In this document: one piece after another, positions 28,457 to 41,187 of the stretch | How the letters are laid out: every line of letters starts with the position of its first letter | Numbering within the stretch: position 1 is the first letter of the stretch | Source of the DNA: Escherichia coli | Lineage (GTDB): Bacteria; Pseudomonadota; Gammaproteobacteria; Enterobacterales; Enterobacteriaceae | Length of the DNA stretch: 64,000 bases | NCBI RefSeq assembly: GCF_044647545.1 | Contig: NZ_CP172818.1 | Strand: one strand, 5' to 3' | Notes under the pieces: model-generated | The model's database searches: none | What the model was told of the DNA's origin: nothing | Seen by the model: the letters and a program-made list of their open reading frames with translations, nothing else | Made by a program: the position numbers and the translations under genes

Positions 28457-29272
28457 ATGACGATCATCCATCCTCTGCTTGCCAGCCGTAGCGCACCGAA
28501 TTATCGCCAGTCCTGGCGGTTAGCGGGCGTGTGGCGGCGGGCGATTAACCTGATGACGGAAAGCGGCGAACTGTTAACGCTGCATCGTCAGGGTAGTGGT
28601 TTCGGCCCCGGAGGATGGGTGCTTCGCCGCGCGCAATTCGATGCGTTATGCGGTGGATTATGCGGCAATGAACGACCACAGGTTGTGGTTCAAGGGATTC
28701 GCCTCGGGCGTTTCACGGTTAAACAGCCACAGCGTTATTGTTTGCTGCGTATTACGCCGCCTGCGCATCCTCAACCGCTTGCAGCGGCATGGATGCAACG
28801 CGCGGAGGAAACCGGGCTTTTCGGGCCGCTGGCGTTGGCGGCAAGCGATCCGCTGCCTGCTGAATTACGCCAGTTTCGTCACTGTTTTCAGGCCGCGCTC
28901 AATGGCGTTAAGACCGACTGGCGGCACTGGCTGGGTAAAGGCCCCGGATTAACGCCAAGTCATGATGACACGCTGAGCGGAATGCTGCTGGCGGCCTGGT
29001 ATTATGGCGCTTTAGATGCGCGCTCCGGTCGCCCGTTTTTTGCCTGTTCCGACAATCTTCAACTCGTTACCACAGCGGTGAGCGTTAATTATTTACGTTA
29101 TGCCGCGCAAGGATATTTCGCCTCGCCACTCCTGCACTTTGTTCATGCTCTGAGTTGCCCGAAACGTACCGCAGCGGCGATCGATTCGCTGCTGGCGCTG
29201 GGGCATACGTCAGGGGCCGATACGCTGCTGGGGTTCTGGCTTGGCCAACAATTATTACAAGGAAAACCATGA
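28457..29272 (+). CDS. ylbF: DUF2877 protein YlbF
   Basis: 271 aa ORF, stop overlaps ybcF start. Confidence 0.8.
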   Translation: MTIIHPLLASRSAPNYRQSWRLAGVWRRAINLMTESGELLTLHRQGSGFGPGGWVLRRAQFDALCGGLCGNERPQVVVQGIRLGRFTVKQPQRYCLLRITPPAHPQPLAAAWMQRAEETGLFGPLALAASDPLPAELRQFRHCFQAALNGVKTDWRHWLGKGPGLTPSHDDTLSGMLLAAWYYGALDARSGRPFFACSDNLQLVTTAVSVNYLRYAAQGYFASPLLHFVHALSCPKRTAAAIDSLLALGHTSGADTLLGFWLGQQLLQGKP

Positions 29273-30162
29273 AAACACTGGTTGTGGCTCTTGGGGGCAA
29301 CGCCTTACTCCAGCGCGGTGAGGCGCTGACGGCAAAAAATCAATATCGCAATATTGCCAGTGCTGTGCCCGCGCTGGCGCGCCTGGCCCGTTCTTATCGT
29401 CTGGCGATTGTTCACGGCAACGGGCCGCAGGTGGGGCTGCTGGCGTTACAGAATCTGGCGTGGAAAGAGGTAGAACCGTATCCGCTGGATGTACTGGTGG
29501 CGGAAAGCCAGGGGATGATTGGCTATATGCTGGCGCAGAGCTTGAGCGCACAGCCGCAGATGCCGCCTGTCACGACGGTGCTGACGCGCATTGAGGTTTC
29601 GCCTGATGATCCGGCGTTTTTGCAGCCAGAGAAGTTTATTGGTCCGGTTTATCAGCCAGAAGAACAAGAGGCACTGGAAGCGGCTTACGGCTGGCAGATG
29701 AAACGTGATGGTAAATATTTACGCCGGGTGGTGGCGTCTCCGCAACCGCGTAAAATTCTCGACAGCGAAGCCATCGAGTTGTTGCTCAAAGAGGGGCATG
29801 TGGTGATTTGCAGTGGCGGCGGCGGTGTGCCTGTGACGAAAGACGGGGTAGGGAGTGAAGCAGTGATTGATAAAGATCTCGCCGCTGCGTTGCTCGCCGA
29901 GCAGATTAATGCCGATGGACTGGTGATCCTCACCGATGCTGATGCGGTATATGAAAACTGGGGAACGCCGCAGCAACGTGCCATTCGCCATGCCACACCG
30001 GATGAGTTAGCGCCATTTGCCAAAGCCGATGGTTCGATGGGGCCGAAGGTAACGGCGGTGAGTGGCTATGTCAGAAGCCGTGGTAAACCTGCGTGGATTG
30101 GGGCGTTATCGCGGATTGAAGAGACGCTGGCGGGCGAAGCGGGGACCTGTATTTCGCTGTAG
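29269..30162 (+). CDS. ybcF: Carbamate kinase-like protein
   Basis: Amino-acid kinase fold ([10 protein letters not shown] ... [11 protein letters not shown]); start chosen at MKTLVV. Confidence 0.85.
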   Translation: MKTLVVALGGNALLQRGEALTAKNQYRNIASAVPALARLARSYRLAIVHGNGPQVGLLALQNLAWKEVEPYPLDVLVAESQGMIGYMLAQSLSAQPQMPPVTTVLTRIEVSPDDPAFLQPEKFIGPVYQPEEQEALEAAYGWQMKRDGKYLRRVVASPQPRKILDSEAIELLLKEGHVVICSGGGGVPVTKDGVGSEAVIDKDLAAALLAEQINADGLVILTDADAVYENWGTPQQRAIRHATPDELAPFAKADGSMGPKVTAVSGYVRSRGKPAWIGALSRIEETLAGEAGTCISL

Positions 30163-30169
30163 TGATGGG

Positions 30170-30390
30170 CACCAGGCAATTGGCACATCTAGCCTGATGC
30201 GATGCTGGCGCGTCTTATCAGGTCTACAGGCGGTGTCGGAACGGTAGGCCGGATAAGGCGTTCACGCCGCATCCGGCAATCGGCACACCATGCCTGATGC
30301 GATGCTGGCGCATCTTATCAGGCCTACAGTCGGTGTTGGAACGGTAGGCCGGATAAGGCGTTCACGCCGCATGCGGCAAGAAAATGAGCA
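30170..30390. repeat. Tandem REP/BIME cluster (two ~120 bp units)
   Basis: Two near-identical copies containing GCCTGATGCGATGCTGGCGC...TAGGCCGGATAAGGCGTTCACGCCGCATCCGGCA. Confidence 0.75.
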
Positions 30391-30394
30391 TCAA

Positions 30395-31462
30395 TTAACT
30401 GAACTTGCTCTGCGCCCAAATCACGCCGCTAGCATATTCTGGCGGCAGCAGCGGGATTAAGGCTTCCAGCGTCGCGGTCAGACGCGATGTGTCGCTGTCG
30501 GTCAAATTTAAATGCCCCACTTTACGCCCCGGACGGACTTCTTTGTCGTACCAGTGCAGATGCACCAGCGGCAGTTTCAGCCAGTCATAATTCACATCGC
30601 TACCAATCAGGTTGATCATCACCGACGGACTATTCACCACCGGTTGTGGTAACGGCAGATCGGTAATCGCCCGCAGATGCAGCTCAAACTGGCTGATGCT
30701 GGCACCGTTTTGCGTCCAGTGCCCACTGTTATGCACACGCGGAGCCAGTTCGTTGATCAGCAGACCTTGTGGGGTGACAAAACACTCCATCGCCATCACG
30801 CCCACATAGCCCAGCTCCTGCATAATCGCCGACAGCATCTCTTCGGCCTGCGCCTGCTGCTGCGCGTTGGCCTGCGGGAAAGCGACGCTGGTGCGCAAAA
30901 TACCGTCCTGATGCAGGTTATGCGTCAGCGGATAAAACACGGTACTACCATCAAAGCCGCGCGCGCCAACCAGCGACACTTCACCAGAGAAGTTTATGCC
31001 CTGCTCGACAATACATTCGCCGTAGCATTCAGTCGGTAACTGTTCGGTTTCATCGGCGCGTAAACGCCATTGACCGCGTCCGTCATAGCCACCAGTGCGA
31101 CGCTTAACAATCGCCAGCTCACCTAAACGCTTAAACACCGCAGGCCACTCGCTGCGATCGGCAAGTAACTGCCACGGTGCGGTCGGCAGGTGGAGCTTAT
31201 CGAAAAGCTGCTTCTGAGTCAGACGGTCAGCAATAATCGGGAACACATCGCGGTTCACAAAGGCCGGATGGCGCGCCAGCTCGCGGGTTAATGCGGTTTC
31301 CGGCCAGCGTTCGATCTCAGCGGTAATCACACTTTGTTGAAAAGGCACCGCCGCCGGTTCAGCGTCCAGCCCGACTGGCCAGACAGCAATGCCTAACGGT
31401 TCGCCTGCCTGACGCAGCATACGGCCTAACTGCCCGTTCCCGAGGACGCAAACCTGTTTCAT
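30395..31462 (-). CDS. purK: N5-carboxyaminoimidazole ribonucleotide synthase
   Basis: 355 aa ATP-grasp ORF upstream-coupled to purE. Confidence 0.95.
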   Translation of the reverse strand: MKQVCVLGNGQLGRMLRQAGEPLGIAVWPVGLDAEPAAVPFQQSVITAEIERWPETALTRELARHPAFVNRDVFPIIADRLTQKQLFDKLHLPTAPWQLLADRSEWPAVFKRLGELAIVKRRTGGYDGRGQWRLRADETEQLPTECYGECIVEQGINFSGEVSLVGARGFDGSTVFYPLTHNLHQDGILRTSVAFPQANAQQQAQAEEMLSAIMQELGYVGVMAMECFVTPQGLLINELAPRVHNSGHWTQNGASISQFELHLRAITDLPLPQPVVNSPSVMINLIGSDVNYDWLKLPLVHLHWYDKEVRPGRKVGHLNLTDSDTSRLTATLEALIPLLPPEYASGVIWAQSKFS

Positions 31463-31968
31463 GCCGCACCTCGCGGGTCCGGGTTTTCCAGCACTTCGTC
31501 AGTCTGGGCTTTGCGCCAGTCATTCAGACGCTGGTGCAGTTCTTTATCATGAGTCGCAAGAATTTGTGCTGCCAGTAACGCCGCGTTTGCCGCGCCAGCT
31601 TTACCAATCGCCAGCGTACCCACCGGAATGCCGCGCGGCATTTGTACGATGGAGTAGAGACTATCGACACCGCTCAGTGCGGCGCTCTGTACTGGCACGC
31701 CCAGCACTGGCACCAGCGTTTTGGTGGCAATCATGCCAGGCAGGTGCGCTGCGCCGCCTGCGCCCGCAATAATCACCTGATAACCGTTCTCTTCGGCGCT
31801 TTCGGCGAAGCTGAACAGTTTATCGGGGGTGCGGTGAGCAGAAACCACTTCAACGTGGTGCGGGACATTCAGGATTTCGAAGATTTCGGCGGCGAACTGC
31901 ATGGTAGCCCAGTCGCTTTTGGACCCCATCACGATGGCGACACGCGCCGGATTATTGCGGGAAGACAT
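31459..31968 (-). CDS. purE: N5-CAIR mutase
   Basis: 169 aa from [19 protein letters not shown]. Confidence 0.95.
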   Translation of the reverse strand: MSSRNNPARVAIVMGSKSDWATMQFAAEIFEILNVPHHVEVVSAHRTPDKLFSFAESAEENGYQVIIAGAGGAAHLPGMIATKTLVPVLGVPVQSAALSGVDSLYSIVQMPRGIPVGTLAIGKAGAANAALLAAQILATHDKELHQRLNDWRKAQTDEVLENPDPRGAA

Positions 31969-32085
31969 GCGTCTTAAAACTCCTGTGGTACACAACTCTC
32001 GGCTTTAGAGGGCACAGAGAATAGCACGGAAAGAGAGCAAGGAAAACGGTTGCGTGGCTGTGAAATCAGCAAAGTTGCGGGTTTT

Positions 32086-32808
32086 TTAAAAAGGAAAATG
32101 AATCAGCTCAACGTCATCCGCCGTGACTTTTACCATTGAACCTTCAGTATGCCAGGCACCCAGCACGACGCGGAAAGCAGGTTGCTGATTGGCGATAAGT
32201 TCATGTACTGCCGGGCGATGGGTATGCCCGTGAATCAGCCATTGCACCTGATGTTTTTCCATCGCACTGACCACCGCGTTTTGGTTAACGTCCATGATCG
32301 CCAGCGATTTACTGCTGTTGGCTTCTTTGCTGTTCGCTCGCATTCGCGCGGCAATGCGTTTGCGCACAAACAACGGCAGGGCGAGGAATAGCGTTTGCAG
32401 CCAGGGTTTGTGGACTTTGGCGCGAAAAGCCTGATAACCGGCGTCATCGGTGCACAGCGTGTCGCCATGCATAATCAATACCCGGCGACCATACAGTTCG
32501 AGCACCTTTTCTTCCGGCAATAACGTCATGCCGCTTTCACGGGCAAAGCGTTTGCCGAGCAGAAAATCACGGTTGCCATGAATGAAATAACAGGGAACAC
32601 CGGAATCGGACACCGCTTTGATCGCTGCCGCCATCTGGCGATGGAGTGGGTTGGGATCGTCGTCGCCAATCCACGCTTCAAACAGATCGCCAAGAATATA
32701 CAGCGCGTCGGCCTTGCGGGCTTCCCCCGCTAAAAAACGCAGAAAACCGGCGGTGATCGCCGGTTCTTCCGCGCAGAGATGAAGATCTGCAATAAAGAGT
32801 GTCGCCAC
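32086..32808 (-). CDS. lpxH: UDP-2,3-diacylglucosamine hydrolase
   Basis: Calcineurin-like phosphoesterase motifs (DLHL, GDLF, GNRD). Confidence 0.9.
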   Translation of the reverse strand: MATLFIADLHLCAEEPAITAGFLRFLAGEARKADALYILGDLFEAWIGDDDPNPLHRQMAAAIKAVSDSGVPCYFIHGNRDFLLGKRFARESGMTLLPEEKVLELYGRRVLIMHGDTLCTDDAGYQAFRAKVHKPWLQTLFLALPLFVRKRIAARMRANSKEANSSKSLAIMDVNQNAVVSAMEKHQVQWLIHGHTHRPAVHELIANQQPAFRVVLGAWHTEGSMVKVTADDVELIHFPF

Positions 32809-32810
32809 GA

Positions 32811-33305
32811 TTACTCGCTAACGGTCACGCTTTCAATGATAACGTCTTCTTTTGGCACGTCCTGGTGCATACCGCTACGACCGGTTGCCACACCTTTGAT
32901 TTTGTCTACCACGTCCATGCCTTCAACCACTTCAGCAAACACGCAGTAACCCCAACCTTGCAGGCTTTCGCCAGAGAAGTTCAGGAAGTCGTTATCAACC
33001 ACGTTGATGAAGAACTGTGCAGTTGCAGAGTGCGGTGCCTGAGTACGGGCCATTGCCAGTGTACCACGGGTATTTTTCAGACCGTTGTTGGCTTCGTTTT
33101 TGATCGGTTCTTTGGTGGCTTTTTGTTTCATGCCCGGTTCAAAACCGCCGCCCTGAATCATAAAGCCGTTGATAACACGGTGGAAAATGGTGTTGTTGTA
33201 AAAACCTTCGCGGCAGTAGTCCAGGAAGTTTTTAACTGTTTCAGGTGCTTTATCGTCAAAAGTTTTGATGACAATATCGCCGTGATTGGTGTGGAAAGTA
33301 ACCAT
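32811..33305 (-). CDS. ppiB: Peptidyl-prolyl cis-trans isomerase B (cyclophilin)
   Basis: 164 aa cyclophilin ORF. Confidence 0.95.
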   Translation of the reverse strand: MVTFHTNHGDIVIKTFDDKAPETVKNFLDYCREGFYNNTIFHRVINGFMIQGGGFEPGMKQKATKEPIKNEANNGLKNTRGTLAMARTQAPHSATAQFFINVVDNDFLNFSGESLQGWGYCVFAEVVEGMDVVDKIKGVATGRSGMHQDVPKEDVIIESVTVSE

Positions 33306-33478
33306 TTTTGCATCCTGTTCCGTTTGATTGGTGCTTCAACCCGGTTCGGGTCATATATAGGGTGGTGTTATAGCATAACCGCACGATCGGATCATCACGC
33401 AATGTATGCTGATTCGCGCGGGAAATATGGGTATTATACGCAACTCAATTACCCACACATGTCTAAACGGAATCTTCG

Positions 33479-34864
33479 ATGCTAAAAATCTTCAATACTC
33501 TGACACGCCAAAAAGAGGAATTTAAGCCTATTCACGCCGGGGAAGTCGGCATGTACGTGTGTGGAATCACCGTTTACGATCTCTGTCATATCGGTCACGG
33601 GCGTACCTTTGTTGCTTTTGACGTGGTTGCGCGCTATCTGCGTTTCCTCGGCTATAAGCTGAAGTATGTGCGCAACATTACCGATATCGACGACAAAATC
33701 ATCAAACGCGCCAATGAAAATGGCGAAAGCTTTGTAGCGCTGGTGGATCGCATGATCGCCGAAATGCACAAAGATTTTGATGCTTTGAATATTCTGCGCC
33801 CGGATATGGAGCCGCGCGCGACGCACCATATCGCAGAAATTATTGAACTCACTGAACAACTGATCGCCAAAGGTCACGCGTATGTGGCGGACAACGGCGA
33901 CGTGATGTTCGACGTCCCGACCGATCCGACCTATGGCGTGCTGTCGCGTCAGGATCTCGACCAGCTGCAGGCAGGCGCGCGCGTTGACGTGGTCGACGAC
34001 AAACGCAACCCGATGGACTTCGTTCTGTGGAAGATGTCGAAAGAGGGCGAACCGAGCTGGCCGTCTCCGTGGGGCGCGGGCCGTCCTGGCTGGCACATTG
34101 AGTGTTCGGCAATGAACTGCAAACAGTTGGGTAACCACTTTGATATCCACGGCGGCGGTTCTGACCTGATGTTCCCGCACCACGAAAACGAAATCGCGCA
34201 GTCCACCTGTGCCCATGATGGCCAGTATGTGAACTACTGGATGCACTCCGGAATGGTGATGGTTGACCGCGAGAAGATGTCCAAATCGCTGGGTAACTTC
34301 TTTACCGTGCGCGATGTGCTGAAATACTACGACGCGGAAACCGTGCGTTACTTCCTGATGTCGGGCCACTATCGCAGCCAGCTGAACTACAGCGAAGAGA
34401 ACCTGAAGCAGGCGCGTGCGGCGCTGGAGCGTCTCTACACTGCGCTGCGCGGCACAGATAAAACTGTTGCGCCTGCCGGTGGCGAAGCGTTTGAAGCGCG
34501 CTTTATTGAAGCGATGGACGACGATTTCAACACCCCGGAAGCCTATTCCGTGCTGTTTGATATGGCCCGTGAAGTGAACCGTCTGAAAGCAGAAGATATG
34601 GCAGCGGCGAATGCAATGGCATCTCACCTGCGTAAACTTTCCGCCGTATTGGGCCTGCTGGAGCAAGAACCAGAAGCGTTCCTGCAAAGCGGCGCGCAGG
34701 CAGACGACAGCGAAGTGGCTGAGATTGAAGCGTTAATTCAACAGCGTCTGGATGCCCGTAAAGCGAAAGACTGGGCGGCGGCAGATGCGGCGCGTGATCG
34801 TCTTAACGAGATGGGGATCGTGCTGGAAGATGGCCCGCAAGGGACCACCTGGCGTCGTAAGTAA
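33479..34864 (+). CDS. cysS: Cysteinyl-tRNA synthetase
   Basis: Class I HIGH (HIGHGR) and KMSKS motifs. Confidence 0.95.
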
Positions 34865-34874
34865 TTGCGCTATT

Positions 34875-34899
34875 GCCGGATGCGAGTTTTCGCATCCGG
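34875..34899. terminator. REP-like hairpin between convergent cysS and ybcI
   Basis: GCCGGATGCG-AGTTTT-CGCATCCGG inverted repeat. Confidence 0.4.
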
Positions 34900-35421
34900 T
34901 TATCGCCTGCGCCACCACAACATTCCCATCAGTAGCATCCCCGGCAACCACACCCACATTAATTCAGAAATAATCACCTGATGCCCGTACGGCGTGGTGT
35001 AACGAGACAATGCAAACGGCGCGACTTTAATCACCTGCCAGGGAGCGAAAAAGCGTTCATCTGACCACGGCCACAGCCAGCCAACCCCTTTACCGCCAGT
35101 GGTTACCGAATCCAGCAAGCTGTGCGATAGCAACGAGACGGTTAAAAACAGCCAGCAGCGAATCAGCCCAGCCCTGAACCATCGACGTCCAATCAGCACA
35201 CATAACAGCGGGACAACAAACGCAAACACCAACGAATGGGTAAACCCGCGATGACCAAAAACATTGCCGTAAGCAACGCCAAATTTAAATGACAATACGT
35301 CGGCATCGGGCAGCATCGCCAGGACGATTCCGGCAAATAACAGGCGCGGAGGGATGACTTTTGAACCCAACCCTAAACCAATGCAAAGGGGAACGGCGGC
35401 GTGCGTAATAACGGTTGGCAT
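34900..35421 (-). CDS. ybcI: Inner membrane metal-dependent hydrolase-like protein YbcI
   Basis: 173 aa polytopic membrane ORF. Confidence 0.8.
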   Translation of the reverse strand: MPTVITHAAVPLCIGLGLGSKVIPPRLLFAGIVLAMLPDADVLSFKFGVAYGNVFGHRGFTHSLVFAFVVPLLCVLIGRRWFRAGLIRCWLFLTVSLLSHSLLDSVTTGGKGVGWLWPWSDERFFAPWQVIKVAPFALSRYTTPYGHQVIISELMWVWLPGMLLMGMLWWRRR

Positions 35422-35528
35422 GATGATCGCTTCGGCAAAATATCGATGCTATCAGCATGGATGAACGAGGCGTAGGGGGCAACAGTCTGAAAAGAGAACC
35501 GGCCTGTTGATACAGGCCGGGAAAGGGA

Positions 35529-35741
35529 TCAGGCAACAACCTGTACGCTGTGACCTGCAAAACTTACTGTCTGCCCGGCGACAATTTTGCAGCGTTTGCG
35601 CGTTTCAACCGCACCGTCGACTTTCACCTGGCCTTCGGCAATCGCGATTTTCGCCTGCGCGCCGCTTTCGCTCCAGCCTTCCAGTTTCAGCAAGTCGCAC
35701 AGCTCAACGTGCGGATGTTTACCTAAAGAAAATGTCGCCAT
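35529..35741 (-). CDS. ybcJ: S4-like RNA-binding protein YbcJ
   Basis: 70 aa from MATFSLGKHPHVEL. Confidence 0.8.
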   Translation of the reverse strand: MATFSLGKHPHVELCDLLKLEGWSESGAQAKIAIAEGQVKVDGAVETRKRCKIVAGQTVSFAGHSVQVVA

Positions 35742-35742
35742 G

Positions 35743-36609
35743 TTACTCACCCTGTGGATCATGATATTCAACGCACGCCTGTAGCGTGTTTTCAATCAGC
35801 GTGGCAACCGTCATCGGGCCAACGCCGCCGGGAACAGGCGTAATGTATGAGGCGCGTTTAGCCGCGTCTTCAAACACGACGTCGCCCACAACTTTGCCAT
35901 TTTCCAGACGGTTGATGCCGACATCAATCACAATTGCGCCTTCTTTGATCCAGTCACCAGGAATAAAGCCCGGCTTGCCGACGGCAACGATCAGTAGATC
36001 GGCATTTTCTACGTGGTGACGCAGATTTTTAGTGAAACGGTGAGTCACGGTGGTGGTGCAACCTGCCAGTAGCAGTTCCATGCTCATCGGGCGGCCAACG
36101 ATATTCGATGCGCCAATCACCACGGCGTTGAGGCCGAAGGTATCAATATTGTAACGCTCAAGCAGCGTGACAATACCGCGCGGGGTGCAGGGACGCAGAC
36201 GCGGCGCGCGCTGGCACAGGCGACCGACGTTATAAGGATGGAAACCGTCTACGTCTTTGTCCGGATGAATACGTTCCAGCACTTTGACGTTATCAATACC
36301 CGCCGGTAACGGCAGTTGAACCAGAATGCCATCGATGGTGTTGTCGGCATTCAGCGCATCGATAAGCTCCAACAGCTCCGCTTCGCTGGTGGTTTCCGGG
36401 AGGTCATAAGAGCGGGAGACGAACCCGACTTCTTCACAAGCCTTGCGTTTGCTTGCGACATAAATTTGCGATGCAGGGTTACTACCCACCAGCACAACGG
36501 CCAGTCCTGGTGCCCGCAGTCCGGCTGCAATACGCGCCTGAACTTTTTGAGCAACTTCAGAGCGCACCTGCTGCGCAATCGTTTTACCGTCAATAATCTT
36601 TGCTGCCAT
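35743..36609 (-). CDS. folD: Bifunctional methylene-THF dehydrogenase/cyclohydrolase
   Basis: 288 aa ORF starting [14 protein letters not shown]. Confidence 0.95.
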
Positions 36610-37080
36610 CAGAGAGAGGATTCCATCTGTTACGTAGGTCGAAGGGGATGCGCCTATTTTGTCAGAAGCGGGGCGCGCTGTCAGGTTTCGTTTCAGATTT
36701 ATCGCGTGAAGCGACCTCTTGCGAAGGTGAGGCGCACCGTCGCTGAGATTGAAAGCTTCATTTTTCGTCCATGATGACGTTGTAAATCTGGAACTGATTT
36801 ATTTCCTTGTCTAAGGATTAAGATAATTTAAGAAATACCTGACAATATAAAAAGAATTTTCAGCCTGGTAATTTACCGCTTCAGGTCTATATTTGTGTTG
36901 AATATATTTTGCGCGGAAATATTCATCTAACGGGGCTCTCTATTTTTTAGAATAGAGTGCATATTTTCAATTAAGACATTCTTAGAGGATAAAAAGGAAT
37001 TTTACTACTATCAGTGTCTTAAATAAAGTAATCGGTTATATACGGATGTGGAGTCGATAAATGAGATTGAAGGAATATAT

Positions 37081-37623
37081 ATGAAATTAAGATTTATTTC
37101 GTCTGCGCTGGCCGCCGCACTATTCGCCGCTACGGGTAGTTATGCTGCCGTTGTAGATGGCGGTACAATTCACTTTGAAGGCGAACTGGTGAATGCTGCC
37201 TGTTCAGTGAATACTGACTCGGCAGACCAGGTTGTCACACTCGGTCAATATCGTACCGATATTTTCAATGCTGTTGGTAATACCTCTGCATTAATTCCAT
37301 TCACTATACAGTTGAACGACTGCGATCCTGTCGTTGCCGCTAATGCTGCCGTTGCATTTTCTGGTCAGGCGGATGCAATCAATGATAATTTATTGGCCAT
37401 TGCATCCAGTACTAATACAACAACAGCAACGGGTGTCGGTATTGAAATACTTGATAATACATCCGCAATTCTCAAACCTGATGGGAATAGCTTCTCAACC
37501 AACCAGAACTTGATCCCCGGGACCAACGTTCTTCATTTTTCTGCACGTTATAAAGGTACCGGTACAAGTGCATCAGCAGGGCAAGCAAATGCTGACGCGA
37601 CTTTTATTATGAGATACGAATAA
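37081..37623 (+). CDS. sfmA: Type 1-like fimbrial major subunit
   Basis: Signal peptide plus fimbrial subunit fold; long AT-rich upstream region. Confidence 0.85.
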   Translation: MKLRFISSALAAALFAATGSYAAVVDGGTIHFEGELVNAACSVNTDSADQVVTLGQYRTDIFNAVGNTSALIPFTIQLNDCDPVVAANAAVAFSGQADAINDNLLAIASSTNTTTATGVGIEILDNTSAILKPDGNSFSTNQNLIPGTNVLHFSARYKGTGTSASAGQANADATFIMRYE

Positions 37624-37842
37624 TCAAAACCACGTTGTTTTGAATTATATATCACGTCTTATAACAAAGTAATGTACCGGTTGTCTGAAGCGGTATGGTG
37701 GCAATGTAAATCGAAATCACGCTCACTTTGTATCATGCCGCTTTATTAAATGAAAAGGGAATGATGTGTTGTAAGAAACCAAAGCAATCATTTCTTTATA
37801 CTCCTTATTTTTGCCGTCAGGAATACACAAGGCGTATTAACT

Positions 37843-38535
37843 ATGATGACTAAAATAAAGTTATTGATGCTCATTATATTTTATTTAATCATTTCGGTCA
37901 GCGCCCATGCTGCCGGAGGGATCGCATTAGGTGCCACGCGTATTATTTATCCCGCTGATGCTAAACAGACTGCGGTATGGATTAGAAATAGCCATACCAA
38001 TGAGCGCTTTCTGGTCAATTCGTGGATTGAAAACAGCAGCGGTGTAAAAGAAAAGTCATTCATCATTACACCGCCACTGTTTGTTAGTGAACCCAAAAGC
38101 GAAAATACTTTGCGTATTATTTACACCGGTCCACCGCTGGCGGCAGATCGTGAGTCTCTGTTCTGGATGAATGTTAAGACGATCCCTTCGGTAGATAAAA
38201 ATGCATTGAACGGCAGGAATGTTTTGCAACTGGCGATTTTATCACGCATGAAATTATTTCTCCGTCCAATTCAATTACAAGAATTACCCGCAGAAGCGCC
38301 GGACACACTCAAGTTTTCGCGATCCGGTAACTATATCAATGTTCATAATCCATCACCTTTTTATGTCACCCTGGTTAACTTGCAAGTGGGCAGCCAAAAA
38401 CTGGGGAATGCTATGGCTGCACCCAGAGTTAATTCACAAATTCCCTTACCCTCAGGAGTGCAGGGAAAGCTGAAATTTCAGACCGTTAATGATTATGGTT
38501 CAGTAACCCCGGTCAGAGAAGTGAACTTAAACTAA
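37843..38535 (+). CDS. sfmC: Fimbrial periplasmic chaperone
   Basis: PapD-like chaperone ORF. Confidence 0.85.
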   Translation: MMTKIKLLMLIIFYLIISVSAHAAGGIALGATRIIYPADAKQTAVWIRNSHTNERFLVNSWIENSSGVKEKSFIITPPLFVSEPKSENTLRIIYTGPPLAADRESLFWMNVKTIPSVDKNALNGRNVLQLAILSRMKLFLRPIQLQELPAEAPDTLKFSRSGNYINVHNPSPFYVTLVNLQVGSQKLGNAMAAPRVNSQIPLPSGVQGKLKFQTVNDYGSVTPVREVNLN

Positions 38536-38565
38536 CCGAATCATCTGACAATATCAGAGCTAATT

Positions 38566-41175
38566 ATGAAAATACCCACTACTACGGATATTCCGCAGAG
38601 GTATACCTGGTGTCTGGCCGGAATTTGTTATTCATCTCTTGCCATTTTACCCTCCTTTTTAAGCTATGCGGAAAGTTATTTCAACCCGGCATTTTTATTA
38701 GAGAATGGCACATCCGTTGCTGATTTATCGCACTTTGAGAGAGGTAATCATCAACCTGCGGGCGTGTATCGGGTGGATCTCTGGCGTAATGATGAGTTCA
38801 TTGGTTCACAGGATATCGTATTTGAATCGACGACAGTAAATACAGGTGATAAATCAGGTGGGTTAATGCCTTGTTTTAACCAGGCACTCCTTGAACGAAT
38901 TGGCCTTAATAGCAGTGCATTCCCCGAGTTAGCCCAGCAGCAAAATAATAAATGCATCAATTTACTGAAAGCTGTACCTGATGCCACAATTAACTTTGAT
39001 TTTGCAGCGATGCGCCTGAACATCACTATTCCTCAGATAGCGTTGTTGAGTAGCGCTCACGGTTATATTCCGCCTGAAGAGTGGGATGAAGGTATTCCTG
39101 CTTTACTCCTGAATTATAATTTCACCGGTAACAGAGGTAATGGTAACGATAGCTATTTTTTTAGTGAACTCAGCGGGATTAATATTGGCCCGTGGCGTTT
39201 ACGCAACAATGGTTCCTGGAATTATTTTCGCGGAAATGGATATCATTCAGAACAGTGGAATAATATTGGCACCTGGGTACAGCGCGCCATTATTCCGCTG
39301 AAAAGTGAACTGGTAATGGGAGACGGTAATACAGGGAGTGATATTTTCGATGGCGTTGGATTTCGAGGTGTACGGCTTTATTCTTCCGATAATATGTATC
39401 CTGATAGCCAGCAGGGATTTGCTCCAACGGTACGTGGGATTGCCCGTACGGCGGCCCAGCTAACGATTCGGCAAAATGGTTTTATTATCTATCAAAGCTA
39501 TGTTTCCCCCGGCGCTTTTGAAATTACAGATTTGCACCCGACATCTTCAAATGGCGATCTGGACGTCACCATCGACGAGCGTGATGGTAATCAGCAGAAT
39601 TACACGATTCCGTATTCAACAGTGCCAATTTTACAACGCGAAGGGCGTTTCAAATTTGACCTGACGGCGGGCGATTTTCGTAGCGGTAATAGTCAGCAAT
39701 CGTCGCCTTTCTTTTTTCAGGGCACGGCACTCGGCGGTTTACCACAGGAATTTACTGCCTACGGCGGGACGCAATTATCTGCAAATTACACCGCCTTTTT
39801 GTTAGGGCTGGGGCGCAACCTCGGGAACTGGGGCGCAGTGTCGCTGGATGTAACGCATGCGCGCAGTCAGTTAGCCGACGACAGTCGTCATGAGGGGGAT
39901 TCCATTCGCTTCCTCTATGCGAAATCAATGAACACTTTCGGCACCAATTTTCAGTTAATGGGTTACCGCTATTCGACACAAGGTTTTTATACTCTTGATG
40001 ATGTTGCGTATCGTCGAATGGAGGGGTACGAATATGATTACGATTATGACGGTGAGCATCGCGATGAACCGATAATCGTGAATTACCACAATTTACGCTT
40101 TAGTCGTAAAGACCGTTTGCAGTTAAATATTTCACAATCACTTAATGACTTTGGCTCGCTTTATATTTCTGGTACCCATCAAAAATACTGGAATACTTCG
40201 GATTCAGATACCTGGTATCAGGTGGGGTATACCAGCAGCTGGGTTGGCATCAGTTATTCACTCTCATTTTCGTGGAATGAATCTGTAGGGATCCCCGATA
40301 ACGAACGTATTGTCGGACTTAATGTTTCAGTGCCTTTCAATGTTCTGACCAAACGTCGCTACACCCGGGAAAATGCGCTCGACCGCGCTTATGCCTCCTT
40401 TAACGCCAACCGTAACAGCAACGGGCAAAATAGCTGGCTGGCAGGCGTTGGTGGGACCTTACTGGAAGGCCACAACCTGAGTTATCACGTAAGCCAGGGC
40501 GATACCTCGAATAATGGGTATACGGGCAGCGCCACGGCAAACTGGCAGGCCGCTTACGGTACGCTGGGGGTCGGGTATAACTACGACCGCGATCAACATG
40601 ACGTTAACTGGCAGCTGTCTGGCGGTGTGGTCGGGCATGAAAATGGTATAACGCTGAGCCAGCCTTTAGGGGATACCAATGTTTTGATTAAAGCGCCAGG
40701 CGCAGGCGGTGTACGCATTGAAAATCAAACTGGAATTTTAACCGACTGGCGCGGCTATGCGGTGATGCCGTATGCCACGGTTTATCGGTATAACCGTATC
40801 GCGCTTGATACCAATACGATGGGGAATTCCATCGATGTTGAAAAAAATATTAGCAGCGTTGTGCCGACGCAAGGCGCGTTGGTTCGTGCCAATTTTGATA
40901 CCCGCATAGGCGTGCGGGCGCTCATTACCGTTACCCAGGGCGGAAAACCGGTGCCGTTTGGATCACTGGTACGGGAAAACAGTACCGGAATAACCAGTAT
41001 GGTGGGTGATGACGGGCAAGTTTATTTAAGCGGTGCGCCATTGTCTGGTGAATTACTGGTTCAGTGGGGAGACGGCGCGAACTCACGCTGCATAGCGCAC
41101 TATGTATTGCCGAAGCAAAGCTTACAGCAAGCCGTCACTGTTATTTCGGCAGTTTGCACACATCCTGGCTCATAA
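38566..41175 (+). CDS. sfmD: Fimbrial outer membrane usher
   Basis: 869 aa usher ORF. Confidence 0.9.
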   Translation: MKIPTTTDIPQRYTWCLAGICYSSLAILPSFLSYAESYFNPAFLLENGTSVADLSHFERGNHQPAGVYRVDLWRNDEFIGSQDIVFESTTVNTGDKSGGLMPCFNQALLERIGLNSSAFPELAQQQNNKCINLLKAVPDATINFDFAAMRLNITIPQIALLSSAHGYIPPEEWDEGIPALLLNYNFTGNRGNGNDSYFFSELSGINIGPWRLRNNGSWNYFRGNGYHSEQWNNIGTWVQRAIIPLKSELVMGDGNTGSDIFDGVGFRGVRLYSSDNMYPDSQQGFAPTVRGIARTAAQLTIRQNGFIIYQSYVSPGAFEITDLHPTSSNGDLDVTIDERDGNQQNYTIPYSTVPILQREGRFKFDLTAGDFRSGNSQQSSPFFFQGTALGGLPQEFTAYGGTQLSANYTAFLLGLGRNLGNWGAVSLDVTHARSQLADDSRHEGDSIRFLYAKSMNTFGTNFQLMGYRYSTQGFYTLDDVAYRRMEGYEYDYDYDGEHRDEPIIVNYHNLRFSRKDRLQLNISQSLNDFGSLYISGTHQKYWNTSDSDTWYQVGYTSSWVGISYSLSFSWNESVGIPDNERIVGLNVSVPFNVLTKRRYTRENALDRAYASFNANRNSNGQNSWLAGVGGTLLEGHNLSYHVSQGDTSNNGYTGSATANWQAAYGTLGVGYNYDRDQHDVNWQLSGGVVGHENGITLSQPLGDTNVLIKAPGAGGVRIENQTGILTDWRGYAVMPYATVYRYNRIALDTNTMGNSIDVEKNISSVVPTQGALVRANFDTRIGVRALITVTQGGKPVPFGSLVRENSTGITSMVGDDGQVYLSGAPLSGELLVQWGDGANSRCIAHYVLPKQSLQQAVTVISAVCTHPGS

Positions 41176-41187
41176 AGGAAATTATCA

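Noticed and set aside
33482-34687. 401-codon ORF antisense to cysS
   Set aside because: Entirely within cysS on the opposite strand; Arg/His/Val-rich shadow frame.
36610-37080. Long AT-rich non-coding region upstream of sfmA examined for small genes or repeats
   Set aside because: No ORF or repeat structure; consistent with a silenced fimbrial promoter region.
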